A DNA stretch of 64,000 bases from the IMG/VR virus record IMGVR_UViG_3300031885_000008, positions 3,382 through 67,381 of that record. The stretch is one strand, 5' to 3'. The number at the start of each line of letters is the position of its first letter. Position 1 is the stretch's first letter. Under the pieces are notes generated by a model. It ran no database searches. It saw only the letters and a list, made by a program, of their open reading frames with translations, and had not been told where the DNA came from. Position numbers and translations under genes: made by a program. This document shows, piece by piece, positions 9,191 through 19,842 of this stretch. This stretch comes from a virus.

Positions 9191-10702
9191 TTACAGCGCG
9201 CTCCCCGTCGAGCCGTTGAGCAACACGACGTTTCCGAGAGTTGGAAATTGCTGTACCCCAATCGAGACGTCGCTACGTTCCCCGTTTAGCAACAAAGCCC
9301 CGAGGGTGTCCCCAATCTTCCGAACGCCGGTCGTGTCGCGAATTACGTTGAACACGTCCGACCAGGCGATCTCGTTTATTGGGTCGCCATTCTCGTCCTG
9401 CATGTAGTAGCCAAAGTTTACGGTCGTGTTCGGGCTCCCGTCGTACGTCTCGATCGCAAAAAATGACGTCAAATTCGCAAGAATTCGAGCAGAAACGACA
9501 CTCGCTGTCTGACCCGCCGACAAAAACACGGTCGCCTGCACGTCGACTGGCAGATATTCAGGATCCTCCACGCTCACAAGGAACGTCAACGTGTTTGGAT
9601 AGGTCTCTGTAACCGACGTGAGCACAGCATCCTTGAGTAGCTGCGTCGGGAGACCACCCCCAGTTGGGATCACATGGAGCATGCCCTGGTTTTCTAGAAT
9701 CCCAGGACGTTCATTCGAGGTGAGCATCAAGGCACGGCTGACACCCGACACGCGCCGGGCGTTGATCTCATAGTCCTCACGACTGACCGTCCTCGTCAGC
9801 GTGCGCAAACTCTCAGGCCCGTAAATCCGAATCTGCTCGAGCCCATCCCGATTGAACCCGTTGCTCGCTGCGGCCGGATTCGTAACGGACATCACTACAG
9901 CATTCCCAAACTCGTCTTTGTATGGAGCATCCACCCTTACGATGGAGTTGCTCTCCACGTTCCCGTTCACGCCCCCACCTGTCTTGTAAAGCACCGAAAT
10001 GTTTCCGACAGGGACGCTACCGGAAATCCCGTTTCCAAACCGAATTGTAGCTCGGTCGTTCTCGTCAACGGTCACGGTAAAGTGGGCGCTCGTGGATAGC
10101 GAATCAAGAAAGTTATCAACCTGGGTGTACACTCCGTCTGCAGATACCCTCGCTGAACTGTCGAGATACGGGTAATCGTTCAGAATATATTCCTGATTCG
10201 GCAGCCCAGTCGATACGAAAACCTGTAAACTGAACGCACTATTCTCGACAATGATGGCCGCTACGGGCGGATTGGTTCCAGCAGGAATCGTTGTCGCAAG
10301 CAAGGTCTGAAAAATAACTGGCGTCGTAATCTGTTCCGTGCGAAATGTCGACCGGGCCGGAATGAGAACGTCACCGACTGGCACGGCTGCAAGAGTGACG
10401 GTCAGATTTGCCGTCGCCGCAGCCGATCCCCTCGGCAAGTACCCAATGAGCTTTGTCAGGGCCAGCATATTCTTTCGAAGTTGCGCCGTGCTGATTCTCG
10501 ATTCACGAGCTTGGTTGTCCTGGTAGAACAACAGCACGTCCCCAACGAACGCAAACAACTCAAGAAGAAGGTTGCCAAAATTCGCGACGTTGAAATCGGT
10601 CCACTCGGGGAACGCTGACCGCGCCAGGTTTATGAGACGCACACGAAGACTATCGAAATCTTTCTCGGAATACGTGAGGTTGGACCCGAGCAATGACGTC
10701 AT
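9191..10702 (-). CDS. Baseplate J/gp47 (T4 gp6-like) wedge protein
   Basis: KDFDSLR...WTDFNVANFGNLLLELFA...IRFGNG...RTVSREDYE. Confidence 0.9.
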   Translation of the reverse strand: MTSLLGSNLTYSEKDFDSLRVRLINLARSAFPEWTDFNVANFGNLLLELFAFVGDVLLFYQDNQARESRISTAQLRKNMLALTKLIGYLPRGSAAATANLTVTLAAVPVGDVLIPARSTFRTEQITTPVIFQTLLATTIPAGTNPPVAAIIVENSAFSLQVFVSTGLPNQEYILNDYPYLDSSARVSADGVYTQVDNFLDSLSTSAHFTVTVDENDRATIRFGNGISGSVPVGNISVLYKTGGGVNGNVESNSIVRVDAPYKDEFGNAVVMSVTNPAAASNGFNRDGLEQIRIYGPESLRTLTRTVSREDYEINARRVSGVSRALMLTSNERPGILENQGMLHVIPTGGGLPTQLLKDAVLTSVTETYPNTLTFLVSVEDPEYLPVDVQATVFLSAGQTASVVSARILANLTSFFAIETYDGSPNTTVNFGYYMQDENGDPINEIAWSDVFNVIRDTTGVRKIGDTLGALLLNGERSDVSIGVQQFPTLGNVVLLNGSTGSAL

Positions 10703-10730
10703 GGGGGCATCCTATCCCAAAGACCTTCAA

Positions 10731-11270
10731 TTAACCAAGAGGGATCGTCGCCTCAATGCCCGGCATCAACACAGCGTTGCTGGCGCTGTTTCTCGAAATG
10801 ATGTCAAATTGAGCGCGGACACCAATGGCTACCTCTCCCAAGCCCTCGACGTCCTCCGCGATGATCTCCACGTTCGTCACCTGAACCCTAGGCTCCCAGC
10901 GTGTAAGCGCCTCAACGACACCGATCCTAGCCAATTCCCTCGTGGTATCGTCGTTCGCTCGATGGCGTACCATGTACAACGACGATCCAAACTCATCCCT
11001 CCAGGGAAGCTCCCCTTGAAATCGTCCGGCTGCCGAACGCGTACCAAGCACCTGCCCTACGCACGAGGCAACCAAGCGCACCCCATTGGCCGACGCAAAA
11101 TCAAGCTTGCGGTCCCGGCGGAATGGACGGGTAAGGCCGCTTCCAAGAAAATCTCCGCCTCCAATGAGTGCCGGCCCCTCGCTCACCTGCGGCAAAACGG
11201 GGACGCCAACCGTCGGAGGAGTTGGTTCCGCAGGAATTGGTGGAGTGCTCCATGTCGAATCCATGCTCAT
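10731..11270 (-). CDS. Baseplate gp25/GPW-like protein
   Basis: LGTR...GELPWRDEFGS...ALTRWEPRVQV. Confidence 0.88.
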   Translation of the reverse strand: MSMDSTWSTPPIPAEPTPPTVGVPVLPQVSEGPALIGGGDFLGSGLTRPFRRDRKLDFASANGVRLVASCVGQVLGTRSAAGRFQGELPWRDEFGSSLYMVRHRANDDTTRELARIGVVEALTRWEPRVQVTNVEIIAEDVEGLGEVAIGVRAQFDIISRNSASNAVLMPGIEATIPLG

Positions 11271-11279
11271 GTATTTCTC

Positions 11280-11786
11280 CTATGCGCCTTCAATATTTCC
11301 AGCGGAATCAACTGCCCAAACGCGTACTCGAATTTGTGTCCCAGTGGGCCACCCATGGCGCCTTCGCACCACGTATTCAAACCCATTCTCAATAGCAGTT
11401 CTTGACGATCCCAATCGGTACATGGATGTAAACGATAGCCCATCATGAACCAATTCCTGAATACCCGTTGATATAATCTCCACAGCCGCAAGTATACGAT
11501 TCAAGTTTCCAGTCGAGTCTACTACAGAAAAAATGATCGGGTCGGCCACTCGTAACGTGTCTAGTTCTCCAGGATAAATATAGGTGACAACTGGACTGAT
11601 GACGTCAGCAGATGCAAGCGGAGCTACCCACTCGATTGCCTCTGGTACAAGTTCGCCGGCCCCCCAGTTTGGTGGTGGCAGATCTAAAAAGACAGTAGCC
11701 ACCGAAATACAATCGGCACTCGCCTGAGCTATCGAAGGTGGCATGTCGAGAAATACAACGTTTACCGCGTTCCACGAAGTCGCCAT
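11280..11786 (-). CDS. Virion protein (hypothetical, Ig-like C-terminus)
   Basis: Start MATSWN coupled to upstream stop; ends VRVWAVDSAGN. Confidence 0.6.
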   Translation of the reverse strand: MATSWNAVNVVFLDMPPSIAQASADCISVATVFLDLPPPNWGAGELVPEAIEWVAPLASADVISPVVTYIYPGELDTLRVADPIIFSVVDSTGNLNRILAAVEIISTGIQELVHDGLSFTSMYRLGSSRTAIENGFEYVVRRRHGWPTGTQIRVRVWAVDSAGNIEGA

Positions 11787-13474
11787 CAGATAACGACCCC
11801 CCTTCCGTGCCAAGCGTAACAAAGACCCTGCATAGCATGGAACCACTCCTTATTGGTTCCAAACGGAGACCACAACGCGAGATTCGTTCTGCAATGGCCG
11901 AAATTCTGATTCGTGGATTCTATCAAAGAGAACTGCCCCAGAAGGCCGGCCCAATCCACAAAGGCCATAAACGGGCGAACGGATTCTTTCCCACTCCAGG
12001 GATTCGCCTTCGCATTCGTCATCGCTTCTGTGACAGCCGTACTCGTCCCCATACCAGCCGACGCCAAACACGTTTGGGCGGCTAGCCCATATTTCCCGAA
12101 GGCACAGCCCCAGTACGTCCACGCGTATGTGAGATTGGCGAAATGCAGAGATGTGCAAATCTGCGAGCCGTCCTTTTGTTGTAGATGGACAAACGTGTCC
12201 GAAAAGGCCCTTCTGGTGTCCCCAAGAAAGCCCATGAAAAACGCCGAGTGTACCTGCGTCGCTCCAGTATAACGAAGCGTTCCAAGCGTAAATGTTTCGC
12301 CATCAGTCAAAAGACTAAATCGCACCGGCCATGCGGATACCTGTAAAGTACCAGTAAACCCATAGTAATCCGCAGCGGCCGGGCGATAGACTTCGCTCTT
12401 GTCAAGAGCTATATAGCGAGACGTTGAACGCTGGTCGTCGGTGTAGAACTGGAAAGTATCCGTGTTTAGAGCACAGTTTTCAGGCGATGATGCCCACCTT
12501 CCAAGTGGATAATCCGCACCACCTGTATAGGTGGTGCCAAGTCGATACTTCCAACGCCACTTTGAGCTGTGAGTAGACTCAAGGCAAAAACCAGAGCCAG
12601 ATCCTCCAACACTTGTAGGCCCCACTACTGGAATGTCTGCGGGATCTAAAATACGGAACGCGAGACCCGTGGCCGCAGTCAAAAACGATGTACCGTCGTC
12701 TCGAATGTCAAGAATAGCTTTAGCACCTGTGCGCGAAAGTACCTTGTAGATCCCGCTGTTCCCTACGTTCACCAAATCGACAAGACAGACAAAGCGTTCA
12801 GTCGTAATGTCAGCATCCGTGAATGAATAGCTAGCCGTTGAGAATGTGTTGTTCCCTGTCTCAATGACACCATCAGTACCGCTCCCGCGAACCTTTGCCT
12901 CATACCAGCTTCTACAAGTTGATGCGGAGTCAATGTACACCTGGCCGGCTAAGACTGTCCCATCCTCGTCAACAAGCTTGAACTTGCAAGCGGTCACCGT
13001 AGAGTGTGACGTGTAACCGAACTGATATTTTGTCCAGACGCCACCGTTGTCCGGGACAGCCCCAGCGAGCACGTAGCTACCATTCCCATTGTCTATGTAC
13101 ACCTTGAGCTGGTGCGTGCAGTTATTCCAAACCCAAATTGTGAATACGTACGCCTTGGAAGCTTCCATAGAGACAAAAGATGCGCTCTGAACTCCATCTC
13201 CCGTCGCGGACGTTGTGAAAGTCAGACTTCGATAGCCGGAATACTTCTGAGAATCGCTCTTTGCTCGAGTCGCGGTCCCCACAACCGACCAGTTAGCAAT
13301 ACCCGCGTCATCCATGCAGCCGTCAGTTATGTGACTACAAACTGTAATGCTTGCCGTATCGCACTCCGCCTCGAGCTTCCACCCCAAAAGTCGTAGAAAG
13401 TGGAATAGAAACCAGGCACTGCCTGAGTGTTTACTCACAGAGGACAAAGGAAGGTCTGTTATCCAATGATTCAT
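11786..13474 (-). CDS. Putative adsorption protein with carbohydrate-binding-module-like insert
   Basis: YSGYRSL...YVFTIWV...WTKY...YIDS jelly-roll pattern. Confidence 0.6.
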   Translation of the reverse strand: MNHWITDLPLSSVSKHSGSAWFLFHFLRLLGWKLEAECDTASITVCSHITDGCMDDAGIANWSVVGTATRAKSDSQKYSGYRSLTFTTSATGDGVQSASFVSMEASKAYVFTIWVWNNCTHQLKVYIDNGNGSYVLAGAVPDNGGVWTKYQFGYTSHSTVTACKFKLVDEDGTVLAGQVYIDSASTCRSWYEAKVRGSGTDGVIETGNNTFSTASYSFTDADITTERFVCLVDLVNVGNSGIYKVLSRTGAKAILDIRDDGTSFLTAATGLAFRILDPADIPVVGPTSVGGSGSGFCLESTHSSKWRWKYRLGTTYTGGADYPLGRWASSPENCALNTDTFQFYTDDQRSTSRYIALDKSEVYRPAAADYYGFTGTLQVSAWPVRFSLLTDGETFTLGTLRYTGATQVHSAFFMGFLGDTRRAFSDTFVHLQQKDGSQICTSLHFANLTYAWTYWGCAFGKYGLAAQTCLASAGMGTSTAVTEAMTNAKANPWSGKESVRPFMAFVDWAGLLGQFSLIESTNQNFGHCRTNLALWSPFGTNKEWFHAMQGLCYAWHGRGVVI

Positions 13475-13483
13475 GCTACGCTC

Positions 13484-14665
13484 CTATGTCAACGTTGTTA
13501 TTGGTGGGTACTTGTCAATACCAAAGGAGCCTGCGCTAGGAAGCAAAACAGCCCCTGGAGATGTCCTGAATGTATTCAAGGCGTTCATGAATCTCCAATC
13601 TTGCCAGTTCACGTTTATCAACCTGAATGGTAGCTTCCCTCGGCGGTAGCCACCAGCCAAAGCGTCGGGCATAACAACCCATGGATAGATTGTTGGGACT
13701 TTGATAGCGTCACACGTCATCCACCCGTACGGCGCAGAGATACCACCTGAAATCAAGTCATACGACCCAGCAGCAGATTCATCCGAAAAGGCTTTGGGAC
13801 GCTCCAGAACAGGGCTAATCTGTGTATCCGTGTAGCTGAGCATGTTTATCACGTTGAAGAATCCGTTTGTGGTCATTGGATTCCAGGAATTGGCGTAAGC
13901 GCACAAGCAACTTGTAAGAAAGCGAGGATATAAATCCGTCGGGGCTATTGTCGAAACATCTAGGGTTCCACCCGCTATGCCGTACCACGCTCCCTGGTGT
14001 TCTCCAGTATTGATGTAGTTGTTATTCCACACCATGAACAGATCTCCAGCAATATCCGCATTGATACGAACAACGCGAGTTTGCCACGAGTAGTCATGGT
14101 TGAAAACAGCCGTATACGTCTTAGCCCCTGCGTAGTCTCCCTTAGGTAGACAATCAATCACGAACCGATTGGCAGTTACTCCAGAGACGGTAAGTCGAAG
14201 CTGATATTGATTCCCAGAACCGGGGGCCTGAAGAACTGTCCACGCCCCATAGGCCAGCATCGCCGACTGTCCACCGATATGGATTCTTCCTGTGAGATTC
14301 GAAGCCGCTACCCACGGCTTCGTAACGCAATAGTCATCGAGGATGAGGGTATCCGTTCCAGCGACAGCTCGAATGTTCGCCATAATACAGTTTGCGTCGT
14401 TGTTCGGATCTCTGAGGGAGATTATACGCCCAACGTGAGCGGAAACATTTCCAGCGACTGTCTTGATTAGGCTCGGGCTAGCTGGGTCAACGTAGAAATC
14501 AGTGAGCGTCGTGATTACGTTGCTCGCCCAAGCCGCGTCTCCGTTGTTTGCCACTTCAGTCCAGCCCGCAAGAAGGAAAATCTCTCGGTAGAGCCAAGCC
14601 GTGAACTTCGCGCCGAAGTCTGTAGCTCCATAGAAAGGAGTCACGCAGTTTCTTATGTGAATCAT
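13484..14665 (-). CDS. Putative tail/adsorption protein, paralogue A
   Basis: Full-length similarity to 14678..15817. Confidence 0.7.
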   Translation of the reverse strand: MIHIRNCVTPFYGATDFGAKFTAWLYREIFLLAGWTEVANNGDAAWASNVITTLTDFYVDPASPSLIKTVAGNVSAHVGRIISLRDPNNDANCIMANIRAVAGTDTLILDDYCVTKPWVAASNLTGRIHIGGQSAMLAYGAWTVLQAPGSGNQYQLRLTVSGVTANRFVIDCLPKGDYAGAKTYTAVFNHDYSWQTRVVRINADIAGDLFMVWNNNYINTGEHQGAWYGIAGGTLDVSTIAPTDLYPRFLTSCLCAYANSWNPMTTNGFFNVINMLSYTDTQISPVLERPKAFSDESAAGSYDLISGGISAPYGWMTCDAIKVPTIYPWVVMPDALAGGYRRGKLPFRLINVNWQDWRFMNALNTFRTSPGAVLLPSAGSFGIDKYPPITTLT

Positions 14666-14677
14666 TAGGTGACCTCC

Positions 14678-15817
14678 CTAAAAAATCATCAGTGGTGGAT
14701 AAATATCACATCCTGTGATTCCTGCACTGTCCACGAGCAACTTTCCAGGAGCTGTGCGATGCTCTCCCTGAGCATCAGCGATCAACCAGTCTCCCCACTG
14801 TTCGTGAACAGTACGCCAAGGAAATCGCCCTCTTCGATAACCGCCACTTGGTACGTCACCAATCACAACAAATGGATACTGCCGGGCGGTACGCCCCTGA
14901 GAGTTGAACCACCGGTCTACGTGCCAAATCCCAGAAGTGTACGTGAGATCACTCATATACTTAAGCCCTTCGATGTAAGAGGCCACAGGCTTAGAAAGGT
15001 GGTCGAGCATGTACACTTGCCACTGGAACCAGTCCCATCCGGGGGTTGTTCCCGCCCACGACGTGTTTGCATTAGCCGCTATGAAGTAGGGGTATACGTC
15101 CTCGACAGGCGTATCAGTGAGTCTCCCTCCACACCAAATGTAGGGACCGTTGATAGCTGTACTGGTGTAACCGTTCCAATCAAATAACATGAAATTCTCT
15201 CCATCAATGTCTGCATTGATGAGAGAACGCCGCTCTGTCGTTCCGTACGCCCAGGTAAACCCTCCTGTTATACTCTTGAGCGTCGAATAATCACCCGTCG
15301 GGTATGCATAGATCCACGGTCTATTCGCAGTTGTTCCAACTTCCAATCGAATCTGAAATCTATCCGATTCCGTCCCAGGAGCAGCAAGAACGGTCCACGC
15401 ACCAGCCGTCAACAAATTCGTCTGCCCGAAAACATGAACCTTCCCAACGAGCCCAGTCGCGGAAATCATCGGCCTCGCAATGCTCGACATGTCAATGAAG
15501 AGTGTCTTCGTGTCGTAGCCGATAATATTTGCAATAAAGCAATTGGAGTCGTTCAATGGATCCTTCAAGGTCAAGGCAGAATTCGCAGGTGGTGTAGAGA
15601 AACCAGCCGCTCGAAATACCTTCCCTTGCTGGCTGGCGTCCACATACAAGTCAGAATACGAAGACGAATAATTTGAGGCCCAGGCTGCATCCGCATTATT
15701 CGCCACTTCCGTCCACCGGCCCGCAAGTAGCACCTCCCGATGAAACCACGTCGAAAACTTGTAGTGAGCACTGTCACTCCCATATATTGGCGTCTTGACG
15801 TTTCGTATGTAAATCAT
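14678..15817 (-). CDS. Putative tail/adsorption protein, paralogue B
   Basis: Shares WTEVANNxDAAWASN, GAWTVLxAPG, GGYRRG with 13484..14665. Confidence 0.7.
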   Translation of the reverse strand: MIYIRNVKTPIYGSDSAHYKFSTWFHREVLLAGRWTEVANNADAAWASNYSSSYSDLYVDASQQGKVFRAAGFSTPPANSALTLKDPLNDSNCFIANIIGYDTKTLFIDMSSIARPMISATGLVGKVHVFGQTNLLTAGAWTVLAAPGTESDRFQIRLEVGTTANRPWIYAYPTGDYSTLKSITGGFTWAYGTTERRSLINADIDGENFMLFDWNGYTSTAINGPYIWCGGRLTDTPVEDVYPYFIAANANTSWAGTTPGWDWFQWQVYMLDHLSKPVASYIEGLKYMSDLTYTSGIWHVDRWFNSQGRTARQYPFVVIGDVPSGGYRRGRFPWRTVHEQWGDWLIADAQGEHRTAPGKLLVDSAGITGCDIYPPLMIF

Positions 15818-16551
15818 ACCGGGATCAACTCCTTCATCTCACGAAAGGCAGCAATCAATTTGCGAATTTCAGTTGACGCCTTCGAGAGATCCTCATCGAT
15901 GGCCCCAACCTGGGGCACCTGAGGACATCCTGGGATCAAAGAAGCGAACGCGTTGAGCAGGTCGACCAGCGAACTCATTGGCTCGGACGCATTCCGGATA
16001 TTCTGAATCTGCGCGGCCTGCATTTCCGAGCAGCACTCCGCCCCCTGCTGCAAAAAGGTTAGGCCATGCGTCTGGGCCACCGCGACCGCACGTACGATGC
16101 GTGCCTCCTGCCGGCCTAGCGCATCGATCGCCGACGCGATTCCCTCAAGGTAGCCCAGCAGCACCTCGACCATATCGCAGAGCATGGCGGGTATGCAGAG
16201 CAGCGGCAGGAAGCTCGCGAGCTTCCCGAGCTTTTCGAACACCTCTTCGGCTTCCTTTGCCAGTTTGAAGGGATTCGTGATCAACGCCTTCACAAGCTCG
16301 CCGACGGCGAGCAGGCATCCAACGATGTCAAACAGTGGCTGGAGCGCGGCGATAGCAGCCGTTGACTGCGCCATGATTTGTTGAGCTAGATTCAACTTTG
16401 GCGCGTTGAGCCCTGGCAGTTGAACGGCGATGACCGCACCACCAGGAAATCGTATCCGTAGCCCACGGCTGTTCGTGGACAACTCCGGACAGAGTTGCCC
16501 TTCAGGCAAATAGTTGAACGGAGATATTGGGGCTAGAGGTCCTGTGGTCAA
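15814..16551 (-). CDS. Helical baseplate-associated protein (hypothetical)
   Basis: Overlaps both neighbours by 4 bp; follows spike gene. Confidence 0.65.
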   Translation of the reverse strand: MTTGPLAPISPFNYLPEGQLCPELSTNSRGLRIRFPGGAVIAVQLPGLNAPKLNLAQQIMAQSTAAIAALQPLFDIVGCLLAVGELVKALITNPFKLAKEAEEVFEKLGKLASFLPLLCIPAMLCDMVEVLLGYLEGIASAIDALGRQEARIVRAVAVAQTHGLTFLQQGAECCSEMQAAQIQNIRNASEPMSSLVDLLNAFASLIPGCPQVPQVGAIDEDLSKASTEIRKLIAAFREMKELIPV

Positions 16552-17129
16552 ATCGGTTCTCCGCTGGGCAACACAGGTCGCCCGTTGATAACGACGTTCA
16601 ATCCTTCGATGTTTATCGTACCGACAGAATTGATCGACAAACTTGCGGTGCTCAAGATTACCATCTGCCGGGTCAACCCGTTGTAGTCGATTCCATCACC
16701 TGAAACTTTGTCCTGCAACACCATTGCTGGGGTATCCGCGGAATCGTCCAAAACAATCAGCCATCGCTCGGTCTCGATGACTTTGACCTTCGGTGCTTCC
16801 GCTGGCGTTTTCCCAGTGATTCTCGCATTGAGTTGGCTTACCTGACCCGGAGCACTCCAATTTCCAGGCAGATAATTCACCTCGTCGACGTCGCCCTGAT
16901 GACACCAGACCGCAACCTCAGCCCCGACGTCCGGCACAAAGAAAATCCCCCGCTCAGGGGACCCTCCCCCGACCGCCATCGGAAGCGCCCACGAGCTTTG
17001 TGGCTCGAGCATCCCAGGAACCCGTACCCGTACTCTACCATTTCGGAGAGGGTCGGCGTTGTCCGTCACTACCCCTCGGTACAGAGCCGTGAAGCGTGGG
17101 TCGCCTGCATCGTCAAATTCATCCGGCAT
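16548..17129 (-). CDS. Baseplate spike gpV/gp5 OB-fold protein
   Basis: YRGVVTDNADP...GRVRVRVP...WA...FFVPDVGAEV. Confidence 0.9.
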   Translation of the reverse strand: MPDEFDDAGDPRFTALYRGVVTDNADPLRNGRVRVRVPGMLEPQSSWALPMAVGGGSPERGIFFVPDVGAEVAVWCHQGDVDEVNYLPGNWSAPGQVSQLNARITGKTPAEAPKVKVIETERWLIVLDDSADTPAMVLQDKVSGDGIDYNGLTRQMVILSTASLSINSVGTINIEGLNVVINGRPVLPSGEPI

Positions 17130-17141
17130 CGTATCGCTCTC

Positions 17142-18794
17142 CTACTCCGGGTCGTAAAAGTCGCTCTGAGTTACATCCGGCCACGGCTCAAACGCTGCCG
17201 AATTCGGCGTGACGCAATTACCCCGAGGCACAGATTGGGTTGGATCGGACTCCTGCCCGGTTGCTGGCCGAAATGCCGTAACTGCGTCTTCATCTTGCTG
17301 CGCCGTCGGCGTCAACGTTTGAGGCGGAGGAGCTGGACGGGTCACGTTCGCTGGGTTTCTGCGGGTTTCTGCCAACGGAGAACCATCTGCGTTGGTGTCA
17401 AGACACGGATCCATCGCCGGCGTCGTGTTCGTGGTCCCCGTGTTTGGAATCCCAGGCTCCAACAGCTCGAGGCCGACCGCAGAGCGACTCGTCGTCGAAT
17501 GGCCGCCCGAACCGTCGCTAATGCAATCCAACGAAATTGTGTAGCCTCCGGAATCAATTTTGTGAACAACCTCTTTCACGTAGTATTTGATCCCAAGCCG
17601 TCGACCCACCCCCTCAAGTTGGATTACGGTCTTCGCATACATCTCAGGGTCGCCAACAGCCTCCAACTTCATTTTGACTGCGGTTTCCTGATTTCTGCGC
17701 TGCAACGCCAAAGCTTCCCGACGAGCCTGCTCCGCTGAATTGCTCGAGGTTGGCTTCGTCACGGATTGCTGCGTCATTGAGTTCAGATTTGGATTTCCGA
17801 TCACGGATTGGTTTGTAGTCTCAAATGGCAACAGCGGATCCATCACACGCCACTGGCCATTCTCCATGACTTCATACACAGGCGCCTGTGTAGGTGCATT
17901 GGCCTGAGCTGCAGGAGAAGGATTTACAAGCGCTGTCAGCGCATCCGCCGCAGCCGCTTCCATCGCTGCGGGATCTGCCCCGCCAACGTCAGCCGTAGGC
18001 GTCAAGCTTGGAACGCTGTTCAGCTCGCCTGCGGTGGCCTCCCCCGAGGTGTCACACCCGTCTCTCGCATTTCGACCTTTGACGCGTACCCCTCCCGGCT
18101 TTACAGTCAAATCGTTCTCAATGCTGATGTTGATTATCTCTCCCCTACGGTCTGTGAAGTAACGAAAAACTCTGCAAGGCCGTTGCCCAGTACGTCTCCG
18201 ATGAAAATGAAACCCTTCGAAGTCAACGTAGAATTGAAACCCTTCCGCGGCCGCCAGTCGTCGAACGAACTGCGCGTCGGTGAGGCGTGCCTGGGTAATG
18301 TGTGGATGGACCACCTGTGTATCTTCGATGTCGAGCGTCTCCCATCCATTTTCCCCTGCAATAACACGAACTACGTCGGATCTCTTCGCATTCTCGAATA
18401 TTTGATTGTGCGTAACCCTGTTCATTAGGAGAGAAAGGGCCTTTGCCTCGATCTGCAGCTCGGTAAAACCAGTGACCTTTGTGATCACCAACTGGCGAGC
18501 AGCCGCCATACGCCCAGCGTACCCCCACGACACGTTCAGGCGGTTGCCTTTCTTCCAGACGGGATCGTCGAAATTCTTCAGGTTGTAGTTGTCAACACGC
18601 AGCTTGAGCGAATCAGCCTTCCGCTCGCTGTCTGTGTACTCGAAGGACAACACCCGAACAATATCCTCTTGCGCGGCACCCGCTGAGTAGTCCTCCATCG
18701 TGGTGGCTACCGGTATGCTCCGGCCACCCTCGTCAAGAACTGTTACCCAAAAATATGGGTACGCACGCAAACCAAGATTGCTCGGGAGTGTCAA
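17142..18794 (-). CDS. Baseplate hub, late control gene D (gpD)-like
   Basis: ADSLKL...VSWGY...TDAQFVRRLA...YYVKEVVHKI. Confidence 0.85.
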   Translation of the reverse strand: MTLPSNLGLRAYPYFWVTVLDEGGRSIPVATTMEDYSAGAAQEDIVRVLSFEYTDSERKADSLKLRVDNYNLKNFDDPVWKKGNRLNVSWGYAGRMAAARQLVITKVTGFTELQIEAKALSLLMNRVTHNQIFENAKRSDVVRVIAGENGWETLDIEDTQVVHPHITQARLTDAQFVRRLAAAEGFQFYVDFEGFHFHRRRTGQRPCRVFRYFTDRRGEIINISIENDLTVKPGGVRVKGRNARDGCDTSGEATAGELNSVPSLTPTADVGGADPAAMEAAAADALTALVNPSPAAQANAPTQAPVYEVMENGQWRVMDPLLPFETTNQSVIGNPNLNSMTQQSVTKPTSSNSAEQARREALALQRRNQETAVKMKLEAVGDPEMYAKTVIQLEGVGRRLGIKYYVKEVVHKIDSGGYTISLDCISDGSGGHSTTSRSAVGLELLEPGIPNTGTTNTTPAMDPCLDTNADGSPLAETRRNPANVTRPAPPPQTLTPTAQQDEDAVTAFRPATGQESDPTQSVPRGNCVTPNSAAFEPWPDVTQSDFYDPE

Positions 18795-19138
18795 CCGAAT
18801 TTCCTCCTCGAGAAGTTGAAGATTTCCTCTTCAAGCACGCGTCGGGACGGAACGACCATCACGGAACCTACCGTCAACTCAATCGTGGGATCGTGAATGC
18901 GCTGCGGCTGAAAATCAGCAATGACCCACCACAATCCAGCCGCACGAGGGTAAGGTCGGAAATACTTTCCAGCAAGCGAAAACAACGAATCCCCAGATTG
19001 AACAACATGAAATCTGTTGTCCGCCCGTTGCTGGAACGAAAACGGAATTCGATCCGTCAGCCACAATGTCTTCTCGCCACGGCTTCGTAGCTGTATCCCG
19101 TACGTAAACGAATGCCTAGAATATTGCCGAGGGGGCAT
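18791..19138 (-). CDS. LysM-like tail protein X
   Basis: HVVQSGDSLFSLAGKY...WWVIADF. Confidence 0.85.
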   Translation of the reverse strand: MPPRQYSRHSFTYGIQLRSRGEKTLWLTDRIPFSFQQRADNRFHVVQSGDSLFSLAGKYFRPYPRAAGLWWVIADFQPQRIHDPTIELTVGSVMVVPSRRVLEEEIFNFSRRKFG

Positions 19139-19141
19139 CCA

Positions 19142-19801
19142 TCACCTCACTGTCGTTTCATGAGGACGCGTTGACGCTGGCGGACTGTAGCGTTGCTGGG
19201 TATTTGCCCGCACGTCCGCGCTCAAAAGTCGGAAATCTCGAATTTCCTCGAAATTCACTGAAGCCTTGGCGATATAGGAACGACCCTGATAGTTGAATTG
19301 TGTATGTGTGAACTTCACTCCCGATACAACACACGTGCAGGAAATCATCTGCGGCCACACAAACAACACCCTCGGAGGACCGCTTCCTTCAATCGAATCC
19401 ACCTCGCCCTGCGGGTAACAAAGCGAAAAAAGAAACAACCGGTCTCGTCTCAGATTCCCAGCAGCCATCTGTGCAGACCCATTCCACCAAAACTCAGCCG
19501 GAAGTAGTAGGTTGTTGGTGTTGTTGTACTGGAGAACCTGATGGCTGAGGCCTGGAACCGTCAAACGATTCCAGGATACCTGCACCTCCTCATCAAGAAT
19601 TTCAGGATTGTGCGCAACATAGATTGTCTCAGCCGTCGCAACATTCGTCAGAGACATTCGTGTCGGACTATGCACGACCGATGGAGGTATCGTCACACGA
19701 ACTGGAGCAACTCTTTCTCGAGGAGTGTACGTTCCTTGTACATGGTGAGGCGTATACGCGACGGCCATCGGATCATGTTGTGGCGGCATCCTTGTAGGCA
19801 T
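19142..19801 (-). CDS. Tail tube initiator (CIS tube-like)
   Basis: NPE...PPRVLFVW...VKFTHTQF...VNFEE; follows TMP. Confidence 0.75.
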   Translation of the reverse strand: MPTRMPPQHDPMAVAYTPHHVQGTYTPRERVAPVRVTIPPSVVHSPTRMSLTNVATAETIYVAHNPEILDEEVQVSWNRLTVPGLSHQVLQYNNTNNLLLPAEFWWNGSAQMAAGNLRRDRLFLFSLCYPQGEVDSIEGSGPPRVLFVWPQMISCTCVVSGVKFTHTQFNYQGRSYIAKASVNFEEIRDFRLLSADVRANTQQRYSPPASTRPHETTVR

Positions 19802-19842
19802 TCTGTGTTACTCCTCACAATGCATAATTTCAAAATAAACCA

